From contig NW_027191494.1 of assembly GCF_011745625.1 (NCBI RefSeq), positions 62,001-126,000 on the forward strand: a DNA stretch of 64,000 nt, written 5' to 3'. This document shows, piece by piece, positions 1 to 10,740 of the stretch. Under the pieces are notes generated by a model. It was not told the origin of the DNA and ran no database searches. It saw only the letters and a program-made list of their open reading frames with translations. The position numbers and the translations under genes are program-made. This stretch comes from Cladosporium halotolerans. Its lineage: Eukaryota. The stretch's first letter is position 1; every line of letters begins with the position of its first letter.

Positions 1-1307
1 GAGTTGATGGTCAACAGACCACGGCTGTTCAGATCGACAAGGTTGCTCGTGAGCACATTGGCCTCGCTGCTGATGGGGGTCTCAGACCAAGGCAGGGACT
101 CCACCTTTCCGCTCATGTAGCCGACGAAAAGCTCCGCAATATCACGAAGCGTCTTGGGCTCGCCCCAGGTCTTGCGGTTCTGCTCATTCGTACCCTTCAA
201 GCCAACACCGTAAGCGTCAAGCTCACCGAACGCAGGAGATCTGGAGTCACCCCAGCGTCCGTTGGGGAACTCGTCCCAGTCCTGGGTGCGAGCGACGTAG
301 CTCCTGTTGCGGTTGCGCCAGAAGATGGGGCGGACGTTCTCGTCGCGGCGGTTGAGACCGAGGGATTGTCTCCAGGGCAGCGGCTTGATATCTGGGTGGT
401 GGGTGTCTGAAGGTGGTGTCACGGCAAGCTCCTCAAGCACCATGCGGGTGGCGGCAGCGAGGTTCATGGTGTAGAAGTGCAAGTGAAGGGTGACTCCGCT
501 GTCCAGGATCTTACGGCAGAACTCCGCAATGAGGTCCTTACCGACTTCGCGGACCGCCACGTCGTCGTTCTTGATCGGCTCAAGCTTCTCGTGCCAGTGG
601 GGAGGGACGTGGCACTTGGTCCAGTTCGCGCGGCGGAGGAAGGATGCATGTGTGTGGATCGGCATGATACCAGGGATGATGACCACGCTCTCGGGAATGC
701 CAGCTTCACGGCACTTCTTCACCCAGTCGATGAAGATGTCAGCGTCGTAGCACATCTGCGTGATGATGAAGCTGCCACCCGCATCGATCTTCTCCTTGAG
801 GTAAGGGATGTGCTCGTCCGCACCAGTCTCATCGTCGCAGCCCTCCGGGTACCCAGCGACACCGATGTCGAAGTGGTCGCCGTACTGCGCCTTGATGTAC
901 TTGACCAGATCCCTGGCGTACCTAAAGCCGCCCTCGGCCTGCACCCACTGCTCCTTCTCTCGCGGCGGGTCTCCCCTCAGCGCCAGAATGTTCGTGCATC
1001 CAGCGTTGTAGGCCTCCTTGAGAGCGTCATCGATCTTGCTGCGCGCCATGTCCGTGCACGTAAGGTGCATGCAGGTCTCCAGGCCGTAGGTCGTCTGGGC
1101 CACCCTGACCATCTCACATGTGAGATGGGATAGGCGGCCGCCGGCGCCCCATGTGACATCGATGAAGGTAGGGCCGAAGCTGTGCATGCGGTCCATGCGG
1201 TCATAGAGGTTCTGGACGCCCTGGGCGGTCTTGGGCGGGAAGAACTCGAAGGAGTAGGTGGGGGTGTTGTTGGCGCGAGACGCCTCCAGCTTCTTGGAGA
1301 TGTGCAT
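1..1307 (-). CDS. MET13: Methylenetetrahydrofolate reductase (Met13-like); 3' end runs off the window
   Basis: Minus-strand frame from ATG at 1307 reads MHISKKLEASRANNTPTYSFEFFPPKTAQGVQNLYDRMDRM...FIDVTWGAGG...ETCMHLTCTDM...NILALRGDPP...HFYTMNL...RTQDWDEFPNGRWGDSRSPAFGELD. These are MTHFR signatures. It is absent from the ORF track because the stop lies outside the window. Confidence 0.96.
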   Translation of the reverse strand, partial: MHISKKLEASRANNTPTYSFEFFPPKTAQGVQNLYDRMDRMHSFGPTFIDVTWGAGGRLSHLTCEMVRVAQTTYGLETCMHLTCTDMARSKIDDALKEAYNAGCTNILALRGDPPREKEQWVQAEGGFRYARDLVKYIKAQYGDHFDIGVAGYPEGCDDETGADEHIPYLKEKIDAGGSFIITQMCYDADIFIDWVKKCREAGIPESVVIIPGIMPIHTHASFLRRANWTKCHVPPHWHEKLEPIKNDDVAVREVGKDLIAEFCRKILDSGVTLHLHFYTMNLAAATRMVLEELAVTPPSDTHHPDIKPLPWRQSLGLNRRDENVRPIFWRNRNRSYVARTQDWDEFPNGRWGDSRSPAFGELDAYGVGLKGTNEQNRKTWGEPKTLRDIAELFVGYMSGKVESLPWSETPISSEANVLTSNLVDLNSRGLLTIN

Positions 1308-2088
1308 CGCTGCGATTGTGTGGGTGTTGGTCGAGTAGTCGGAAGGTGGATGGGAAAGAGGTGTGGTGGTCCAGTCTGCGGAGACGAGGTCAGTTTGGAT
1401 TGTCTGCGGGTCCTGCCGGCATGCTAGGCAAGCATTGAGGCTGCAGAACAGACGACCAAGCGGGACGTACCTAGTGTAGTTAAATTGCTCTGTTTGCTGG
1501 GCTAGCGTGCTGAGCAAAATGGTGATGCGTGGCCCAATGGTATAGTACGGTGGTGTGGGGTGGACGTGGGATACGTTTAGAGATGCGAGTAGCGCTTGTG
1601 GTCTGCGAGCTCCTGTTCGTTGTACAAGGACATTATAGTGCGGTGCGGATGGGAGGATCAGTAGGCCATCTCTGGACGATGTGCAGGCAAAAAGTACAAA
1701 CACTCTGGGCAAGCGAGACGTGTGGCCCAGCAGCACCGAAGACGGAGAGGCTCAGAGGCAACTTTCTCTCTCAACCAACCCCACATGGGCGAGCCCCGCG
1801 CGAGGGCTGCGGTCCGCTTGACCAATAGCCATGACACAGATCTGCAGTGTGAAGCCGCCCGCCCGCCGTCCCTGAGGCCGCGAGATCTGTGTGCCTGCGC
1901 CTGCTGCCTGTCACCCCGAACGAGTAACCCGGCCCTCTCTTCCCACCTCATGCCGAGCGGACACGCATGCGTCTTGGTTCACCACACATAAGCATAAGCA
2001 GTCAGTAAGTGTCACAAGTGCCACCTCTCTCCTTCTTCATCCTCTCCCCCCAACACACATCGCAATCAAAAGCACCAGATACTCGATC

Positions 2089-2862
2089 ATGGCCCCCATC
2101 CCCGCCCAGCGCGAGAAGCGCATCGTCGGCACCAGCCTCAAAATGTACTTCGACCTGCCCAGCACGGCCGCCTACATCAAGTCCGTCGCCTCGCTCTCCA
2201 GCGCCGCCACCGCTGCAAACCTCGACCTCTTCGTGATCCCCGACTTCGTCTCGCTGCAGCACGCCAAGTCCTTCCTGTCCTCCACCACCATCCAGCTCGG
2301 CGCGCAAGACAGCTTCAGCGAAGACAAAGGCGCCTACACGGGCGAAGTCAGCCCGCTGACGCTCAGCCAGGCGGGCGTGCAGCTCGTCGAGATCGGGCAC
2401 GCGGAGCGCCGGCGGCTGTTCGGCGAGAGCGACGAGGACGTCGCGCGGAAAGCGGAGGCCGTTGTGCGCAACGGCATGGTGCCGCTGGTGTGCATTGGCG
2501 AGAAGACGAAGGGCAGCGTGGCGTCGGAGGCCGTCGGGCTGGCGGTCAAAGAGTGCGTGCCGCAGGTCAAGGCGGCGCTGTCGAGAGTGCCGGATGACGC
2601 GGAGGTGGTGTTCGCGTACGAGCCGGTTTGGGCTATTGGGGCGAGCGAGCCGGCGGGGGCGGACCATGTGGTTGCCGTCACGCAGAATTTGAGGGGTCTG
2701 TTCGCGGAGAGGAAAGGGAGGACGAGGATCTTGTATGGTGGTTCGGCTGGGCCGGGTACGTTTCAGAAGTTGAAGGACGGGGTTGACGGGCTGTTTTTGG
2801 GAAGGTTCGCACACGACGTCAAGAACTTGGAGAAAGTCATTGAGGAGATGAATGAGCCTTGA
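2089..2862 (+). CDS. Triosephosphate-isomerase-family protein (non-canonical second paralog)
   Basis: TIM-barrel motifs GTSLKMY, GAQD, GAYTGEVSP, IGHAERR, VCIGE, AYEPVWAIG, ILYGGSA, DGLFLGR. ATG at 2089, no intron. Confidence 0.9.
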   Translation: MAPIPAQREKRIVGTSLKMYFDLPSTAAYIKSVASLSSAATAANLDLFVIPDFVSLQHAKSFLSSTTIQLGAQDSFSEDKGAYTGEVSPLTLSQAGVQLVEIGHAERRRLFGESDEDVARKAEAVVRNGMVPLVCIGEKTKGSVASEAVGLAVKECVPQVKAALSRVPDDAEVVFAYEPVWAIGASEPAGADHVVAVTQNLRGLFAERKGRTRILYGGSAGPGTFQKLKDGVDGLFLGRFAHDVKNLEKVIEEMNEP

Positions 2863-3793
2863 GGGCTTGATGACCTTGAGATTGCGACGATGCTCTATGA
2901 AAGATATCGTGCAGCGTTAATGACGTACAATTACCTTCAGCGATGTCAGACCCTCATTATACAAAGCAGTCGAGCCATATAGTATGAATTTGGAAACCTC
3001 CTAATGAATCAATCAAACACCAACCGATATCAATTGGCCTGAGCGGAGTGGCCGCACTCCCAATGCCAGGCATTTAAGCTCGGAAAGCTTGGATCTCGCT
3101 TGAGAGCTTGGGAGGCTTGAGCGGGAACCTCGGCTCTAGGGTGAGACAACATGTCTCCAATATCCCTTCGTTTTTTTTTGGTTCTCCCATTCCTTCTCTT
3201 ATTGGCAACGCACCTCTAGCATGTGCAAACGCTTGAGTAATTACGGACTTCTGGAAATGGCAACCTTGTCGTGAAGATCGCAGCTGCAGAACGGCCATTT
3301 CAGAAGTGGAATTCTATTCGGCCACCCACGCAGGTCTTCTCCACTCTCCCGACAAATGCCGGGGCAAACACCTCGGTCAACCAATGCCTGTTGATCAAAG
3401 ATTCAAGGGACTCGCTTGAAGGTGCTTTTGTGCATCGCGCTAGCGGCTGATGGGATATTTGGCTGCGCTAACAAGTCAATCGTCTTCTGGTTGAGCTTCA
3501 AAAGTCGTGTGCTCTCGCCTCTTCACCACTGCGCCTTCCCTCTCACAACCCACTGTCGTCTCGTCGTGAGAGACAGCGCTGTCTTATCCGCTCAAAGGCG
3601 ACTGCGTCAGGATCTGTTACAGTAACACCAGCCACATGGAATTCGTCCCGTCGTTCTTCTGCCTCCTTCTCAAATCTATCAGATAAGCACATACAGCGTC
3701 CGTCTTCTGAACGAAAGATTCCAAGGATACTGCCTCGCCGACACACTCAAGAAACGCCAGTTTTTGATACGCCCGCTACCCAATTAAGACACA

Positions 3794-5529
3794 ATGGCCG
3801 ACCATGAGATCACCTCCACGGCGGACGATGCCATGCTGGCAATGCTCGGCAAGAAGCAAGTCCTCAAGCGCCGATTCTCATTGTTCACGCTGTTCGGTTT
3901 CGCCGTCTGTGAACTGATTACGTGGGAGACCGTGCTTGCACTCTTCAGCCAGTCCTTCGAGAATGGTGGCCCAGCAGGTGCAGTGTACGGCTTTATCATT
4001 TCTTGGGCTTCTACTCTGTCTGTCTATACCGTAATCTCCGAGCTGGCGAGCATGGCGCCCATTGCTGGTGGGCAGTACTATTGGGTGTAAGTATTCAATG
4101 ATCAGCTCGTGTCCTTCGGACCCCACGTTGATCCTCCTCAAGGTACATGTTGGCTCCGCCGAGATGGAAGACAGTCAGCAGCTACGTTATCGGCTGGCTC
4201 ACTACACTGGCCTGGGTCGCCACAGTTGCAACCGAGACTCTGTTCGCCGGCACTATGATCCAAGGCATCGTGGCTCTAGACTACCCTGATTACGACATCC
4301 AAAGATGGCACGGTACACTCCTGACCTGGGCGGTCATCACCGGATGCATCTTCGTCAACGTGGTCATACCTGCCTGGCTTCCCCGGTTCGAAGCCTTCAT
4401 CCTGGTCTTTCACATCTCCGGATTCATTGCGATTGTCGCCACTCTCTGGGTCATGACGCCCGAAATTGGTTCCCACGCCAGCGTCTGGCTCACCTCCCTT
4501 AACGAAGGCGGCTGGCCAACCCAAGGCCTATCCTACTGCGTGGGCTTCCTCGGAAACGTCGCCACCTTCGTCGGCGCAGACGCCAGCGTCCACCTCGCAG
4601 AAGAAGTCTCCAACGCCGCCGTCAACATTCCCCGCGCCATCATCGGCGCAATGTGCATCAATGGCAGCGTCGGCTTCGTCATGATGGTCACAATCCTCTA
4701 CTGCCTCGGCGACGTCGACTCCGTCCTCAACACCGAAACCGCCTTCCCCTTCATCCAGATCTTCTTCAACAGCGTCGGCTCCATCGCCGGCGCAACCGTC
4801 ATGGCCGCCGTCGTGCTCACCCTAACCTGGTCCTGCGCAATCGGCATCACCACGACCGCCTCGCGAATGACCTGGTCCTTCGCGCGCGACAACGGCCTGC
4901 CCGCCTCCCGCCTCCTCTCGCGCGTCAGCACGCGCTCCCGCGTCCCCGTCACTGCCGTCCTGGCCGTGACCAGCATCGCCGCGCTCCTCACGCTCATCTA
5001 CATCGGCTCCGAGACCGCCTTCAACGACGTCATCTCCCTCACCATCACAGGCTTCTACGGCTCCTACCTCATCCCCGCCGCCTTTCTGCTCCACCACCGC
5101 GTGAACGGCACCATCCTGCCGCGCGGCACGGACCTCGACGCCCTCACCGCGGCCGAAGGCCTCGATGAAGAAACCGAGGACCCGGCCGCTAGCAGCAGCG
5201 CCCCGAAGCCCAAGCCCGTCTCCAGCGCCTCCGGCGTCGCCCACGCGCGCCTGATCTGGGGCCCCTTCCACCTCCCGCACTGGCTGGGTATCGCGAACAA
5301 CGCCTACGCGTGCTGCTACATGGTGTTTGTGATTTTCTTCAGCGTGTGGCCGCCTTCGACGCCCGTGACGGCGGCGTCGATGAATTACAGCGTGGTGGTC
5401 ACCGGCGGGGTGATGATTCTGAGCGCGGTGTGGTACTTTGTGAGGGCCAAGGAGGTGTACAGGGGGCCGTTGATTGATCGGGAGGTTGCGGGGATTATGG
5501 GGGTGGGGGGTGTGGAGGCAGGGAGGTGA
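3794..5529 (+). CDS. APC-superfamily amino acid/choline/GABA permease; 2 exons (intron 4087-4142)
   Basis: Motifs GGPAGAVYG, ELASMAPIAGGQYYWV|YMLAP, ASVHLAEE, SRMTWSFARDNGLP, plus many hydrophobic TM segments. The GTAAGT...TCAAG intron restores the frame. Confidence 0.93.
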
Positions 5530-6070
5530 GAGGGGAGGTAGTGTCTGAGCGGTAGTCTGAGAAGTCGATCGAGGTTGGTATGGAATCATCGGTATCACAG
5601 GTCAAGACTGGCACGCCGAGCTCATTCGAAATCCTTCGATTGGAGACTACCGAAAAGCAACACCTAGGTATGTCTCCGGTAAGCTAAAACCCGCCGTTCC
5701 CCTGGCGCCCGCCCGCCGTCTTCAATCTATATAAATAGGAGCGCAACGCCTCGAAGGTGCCGCCCTTCTCTTAGGAGTCCATGAAACATCGTCATATCGT
5801 TACAATCGTCATCTCGTGGATGAGTGGTACGTGTTGTGGGTGGGAGTGATGCCCCTACGCCTTGCTGCGTGTGTCAGGGCTTGACATCGCCAACCTTGTG
5901 CGAACGTGCTACAGAGGTGTCTCTCACGCCAGCACAACGTTTGCCATTGTGCAGTGCTTGACGGTTCGCTTGAAATCACCGCATCATAAGCTGCGAGATC
6001 TGCGTGACGGTGGCAGCTCACTAATGCCACCAGCGTCCACAGACCAGGCCAAACCAAAGCCCGCCCAATC

Positions 6071-8623
6071 TCACCTCGCAAAAGCCTTAGCAGCCGCTGC
6101 AAGCGCCCCATGAGACGGCATAACACGAGCAGTCTTGGGCCTCAGCTGCGGCGACTCCGCCTCGGAAGTCGTCTCGCTTTCTGAAGCCGTGTCCTCCTCA
6201 TCCGAAGAAGACTCGTCCTCGTCATCATCGTCCTTACGCGCTTGCAAGTCCCCCAAAATCTGTTCGTCAAAGCCCGAGTCCTGGTGCATCGGCGGGCCAA
6301 AGTACGACGAACGAGGCCGCGCGACTCGTTTCTCGCCAGCGGGCGAGAGCTGGCGGCCCGTCGAGCGGCTGTCGGACCTGGGAGGCGGCGCGAGGTCGCG
6401 GTCGTCGAGCTGCGTCGGGTACGAAGCGTCATCCTCGGTGTCGTCGCAGTAGACTTTCGCGCTGTAGCGGCCGGAGTGGCGGTCAGGGGAGAGGGAGAGG
6501 CTGGTGACACTGGTGGCTGTGCGGCCGTAAGGAGAGGAGCGCCTGCGGCGGCTCGAGACCGGGCTGCGGCCTCTGCTCCGCGGGACGATCCAGCTGCCGC
6601 TGCTTTCGATATGGTAGCTGGTGCTGGCGGGCGTGGAGTCGGGGTCGAGGTAGGTGACTTGGTCTTTGAAGCCGGCTTTGGCGGAGTCGACTCTTTCGCG
6701 GCGGCGCTGGACTTCGTCTAGGGTGACGGCCATGGCGGGGTCGATGTATTCCTTGTCCGAGCGGTGGGCTGTGGAGAGACTGTGGTCGGAGGCCTGGACG
6801 TCGCTGTTGAAAACGGACGGTTTAGAGGCGAATCCGACGCTTCGCGCGCTGGTAGGGCTGCCGGCGTCAGGAGGGAACAGGTCCAGAAGTCTGTGCGCCG
6901 ACATTCTCTTTTGAGGACGTTCCTCGAGGCAAGAATTTACTATGCGCTGGTAAAAGCTAGGAACGACAGACGGCAACGGAGTAAGTGGGCGTGCGTGCTC
7001 AGGCTCATCGCATTCCGCTGCCAGTGCCCAAAGAACCATGCCAAGCTGGTAGAGATCCGTTTTCACGCTAATGTGCATGGCAATACGCTGTCCAGAATCG
7101 ATAAGCTTGCTCAGCTCGGGCGGTTCCCACCCGACTGGACAGCCGCGGCGGTTGATGTCAATGATCTGTGCATTGTCGTCGCTGTCGATGACAATGTTTG
7201 ATAGAGTAAAGTCACCCTGCACGAAACCTGCTTCGTGAATATCTGACAAACCTTCCACGATTTGGTAGGCCCACTTGAGACGCATTTGCCATGGCAGAGC
7301 GTTTGGAAAGTCATAGAGCATATCAACTAGCGCGCCGCGGGCAGCGTAGGAAATCAGTAATCCCTTGACGAGGGAGCCGTCCTCGTCCGTAATCAGACCC
7401 TGAAGTTGGACGACACTGTTCGTTCCGTACAGAGCATCCAATGCGTTGACTTCGTAGAGAAATTCATCCACGGTGTCAGGGCCTGGAATCTCCTTCTTGA
7501 TCAGTATTTGATTCCCAACACGCACTTTGTAGACGAATCCCGAAATATGCGAGTCGAATTCAACATCGCTTTCACGAAAGCGTCGGCAATCAACATGCTC
7601 CATGAGAGATGCTGATGGGTACTCAACGATCTCGTTGGCATCTTCTCGCACGTGGATATGCAGCTGGCAGTCGTGTTCCGTGGTCTCTAATTTGAGATTG
7701 GTCACGGTATCGTAGTATTGGATGTCGTCAAGGCTTTCTCTGATCGCCTCAAAAATGCGGAAACTCTTGTCCCGCTGATATCGCAGATCTCTGAGGTCCG
7801 CTTCAAGCGATCCCTCCGGTGCTGTTCGATAGTCTAGTGATATCGTAAGTCGTCGCCATTTCGTAGGTGTTTCTGCGTACGTGACGAAGAATTTCTCTCG
7901 TTGCGACTTGTCGCGGAACGACATGCTTAGGTTCAGAATCCATCGACGGCTGTACTCTTCTTGCAATGCCTCCGGATCGATATTCTCGTCGTCGTCTTCG
8001 TCGTTATGCTCGTTATCGGTGTCGTCGTGTTCAGTCGTCGTCGTCTTGATCCTAGCGTCCAATGATTCGTTCGAAGGCTTACTGCTAGGGGCGGCCGTCG
8101 TTCCCCGCGCGCTGTCATTTCGCGATATCTGTCCATCGATCGCTCCATAATCGCCATTCGCTCCATGCGCCGCGTTGCCCTCCGGCGCATCGCCCGGCTT
8201 CGGCGACTTCGTCCGCCTGAACGCACTCGCGCTCCAACCCCTCCTCTTCTCAACCTCGCTCGACGGCACCTCCTCCAGCTTCCCCCTCTTCTCGCTCTCG
8301 CTCCTCTTCAGCGTCTGCTGCCTCGGCAAACTCGCAATCGCCCTCTTCGACCCCTTCGGCCGCAGCTCAGGATTGCTCGAGCGGCGGCGCAGCAGCGGCG
8401 GGACGGCGTCGGGCGTCTCGCGCGTGCGCACCGCGACGACGTCCGGCAGCTCGGCGTGCTTCCTCCACCCTTTCCGCCAGCGGTCGAGGATCGAGCGCCG
8501 CCGCGGCAGCTTCTGCTGCGCCGGCGCCAGCCCGCCTGCGCACGCAGGCCCGGGCTCGACGCCGACCATCTCGTCCGAGGCTTCCAGCTGCTGGGCGTGT
8601 CTGGCGAATGGGAGCTGGGGCAT
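6071..8623 (-). CDS. Fungal atypical protein kinase-domain protein; start uncertain (ATG 8623, or ATG 8854 across an in-frame TAA)
   Basis: Kinase fold motifs VYKV...LIKKEI...EFLYEVNAL...QIVEGLSDIHEAGFVQGDFTLSNIVID...IIDINRRGCPVGWEPPE...KTDLYQLGMVLWAL, with low-complexity N- and C-termini. Confidence 0.88.
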   Translation of the reverse strand: MPQLPFARHAQQLEASDEMVGVEPGPACAGGLAPAQQKLPRRRSILDRWRKGWRKHAELPDVVAVRTRETPDAVPPLLRRRSSNPELRPKGSKRAIASLPRQQTLKRSESEKRGKLEEVPSSEVEKRRGWSASAFRRTKSPKPGDAPEGNAAHGANGDYGAIDGQISRNDSARGTTAAPSSKPSNESLDARIKTTTTEHDDTDNEHNDEDDDENIDPEALQEEYSRRWILNLSMSFRDKSQREKFFVTYAETPTKWRRLTISLDYRTAPEGSLEADLRDLRYQRDKSFRIFEAIRESLDDIQYYDTVTNLKLETTEHDCQLHIHVREDANEIVEYPSASLMEHVDCRRFRESDVEFDSHISGFVYKVRVGNQILIKKEIPGPDTVDEFLYEVNALDALYGTNSVVQLQGLITDEDGSLVKGLLISYAARGALVDMLYDFPNALPWQMRLKWAYQIVEGLSDIHEAGFVQGDFTLSNIVIDSDDNAQIIDINRRGCPVGWEPPELSKLIDSGQRIAMHISVKTDLYQLGMVLWALAAECDEPEHARPLTPLPSVVPSFYQRIVNSCLEERPQKRMSAHRLLDLFPPDAGSPTSARSVGFASKPSVFNSDVQASDHSLSTAHRSDKEYIDPAMAVTLDEVQRRRERVDSAKAGFKDQVTYLDPDSTPASTSYHIESSGSWIVPRSRGRSPVSSRRRRSSPYGRTATSVTSLSLSPDRHSGRYSAKVYCDDTEDDASYPTQLDDRDLAPPPRSDSRSTGRQLSPAGEKRVARPRSSYFGPPMHQDSGFDEQILGDLQARKDDDDEDESSSDEEDTASESETTSEAESPQLRPKTARVMPSHGALAAAAKAFAR

Positions 8624-10740
8624 GGCCGCGACGGAGCAGCGCGGCGTCGGCCACTCACGCTGCGGGTTGGGGCCCGCGGTGTACAACGGTACCGCGAGGG
8701 GGGTGTTATAGGCCTTCGCTGGCGGGCGGAGGGGGGTTGCCTCGTAAGGGGGGATTCCCAGGGATGCGCCGGGCTGGGATGTTGTGCTTGGGTCCGGGTG
8801 GTGTTAGGGTGGTACGTGGGGCTGGCCTGTTTCACGAGAGATGCGGGGATCCATAAGCGGTGCGCGCCCGGTGTGAAGTGAGAGCTGCGAGTGCGCGGGC
8901 ACGCTGGGCGGCTGGGTTGCGGGTTGTTGATATTTTGGTATGTGCAGGAGGAGTGCGGTTCGAGGCGTGGTCGGCCACGTGATCTGGGCGATCGTGCTGG
9001 TGGTCACGGTGGGTGGTGGAGGGATAGCTTAGGTAGCGCGCGTGTAGCGTGCCTCCGGTAGTCGGGCGCGCGGTCTCAACGCGGGCTGGACGAGGCTGTT
9101 TGGCGCTTGCGGCGGTGTGGTGTGAGGCCGCGGCCGGCCAATGACGTGCGCGATGAGGGGCGTGTAGGCTCAGGCTTGCAGGCGTCCTCAGGCTTCACTC
9201 AGGACGACGGAGCACGACAGGCGGGTGCGAACTGGCGCAGGGTTGGCATTATGACAAGGACGGCGAACACGGCCGCTGACAAGTACTGTACTGTGCGTGC
9301 GCTACGCCGGACGGAGCGAGGGGGAGAGTGAGGTTGGGACGCAGGTGATCAGCTCTGTATGTATGGCGAGTTGCACAGCGCAAGGCCCAGGCGGAGGCCG
9401 TCAGCCAGGGCTTACGACTGCGTCTTCTATCTAAAGCAGCCCGTTCCTGCGAGCGCCCTGCAACGCCTCCTCTGGCGCACAATTCGCTCCATACCGGACT
9501 GCGCCGCTAACGTGGTCTACAAGCCGTCTGCCTGCGCCGCCGTGTTGGGCATCTCCGCAGTCGTGCGTAGCTGCGCTATCGCCGCGGTTCACCCACTGTT
9601 GGTGTGACACGACACCACCCGATGTGCAGGGAGCCTGCAGCCCCGGAAGGAAGCGACTCGTCGGGAGCCCACGCCTGGCATTATGTGAGCGCGAGGCGTC
9701 CGTGAGCATATAACACCGCCTCTGCCAGCACATGCGTTCCCACGATCGATATAGCGTCCTTTTTGAGTCAGTCGCGAGGCGTCCACCGTGGAGTCCGCAG
9801 TGTACAGTGATCTCCTACACATGAGTTTGCACATCACGGGCAAGGAAGAGGGCCCCACACAACAGCTGTTCGCGCCATGTTCGCACCGAGCGAAAGCCAA
9901 TGCAAGTCACGAGTGGGTTCCCAGCTGCACGTCGACGGAGTCGAGCGTCGGTTGCCAGGGTCGCACCCTCCGCCGGCAAACTCGACCTGTCTGGACGTCG
10001 TCACTACTGACGTCCTCAACCCGCCTCCACACGTGCGTAGTCATGAGAGGCGCCCGCAATCCACTGTTGGAGCCAGCCACCCGACAGCGCAAAACACGCA
10101 ATTAATACATGTGAGGAAGGCGATGCAGCGCGGATGTGCGACGAAGCACTCCGCCTCCACTAGAAGACAGCTGTGGCTTCAACTCGTAGGTCGTTTCAAC
10201 TTTATTTGCTCGTTTGCCCAGCAATGAGATGCTCGCGTGAGGGCCATTGGCGGCACAGGGTAGCACTGTGCAGCCGCTTCGGCGGCCGCGTTCCTTTTGC
10301 ACGCGGCCGACTTCTCGGCGGGACGACAGGTCTGAACTAGTCGGTCGTGCTGCAGCACCCCGTGCTAGTTTGTCAGATCGTGATGAGGCAACGTGATCAA
10401 ACGGCGTCGGCAAGGCTGGCTGATACGGCCGTCTACTATGAGTGATCAAGCCATATTACAAAGAGTCAATGTTCGTGGCCCTAGATCGATAGCAGCGTTA
10501 GCTTCGGGCTCTCATGCTGTTGTCATTTGCGGTTGGAAGCGAATGGGAGCAGCTCTCGCTAATGCGGTCAGACAGGCCTTTGATTATTCCTTCACGAATG
10601 GTAGGATTTCAACAACGTTTCAATGAATATCATCATGCAAAGGAGAGCGGGGTGCAGCAGTATAAGCAAGACGATCCTGTACGTACCTCTCTGATCGAGG
10701 AGATGTTCTCGGGAGCGCGTCCAGCTCGGGCCGTAGAAGA

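Noticed and set aside
1891..2088. N-terminal extensions given by the ORF track (also 22457-22594, 37410-37658, 18441-18614)
   Set aside because: They begin at non-ATG or poor-context codons and cover 5' leader or intron sequence. The coding signal starts at the downstream ATG.
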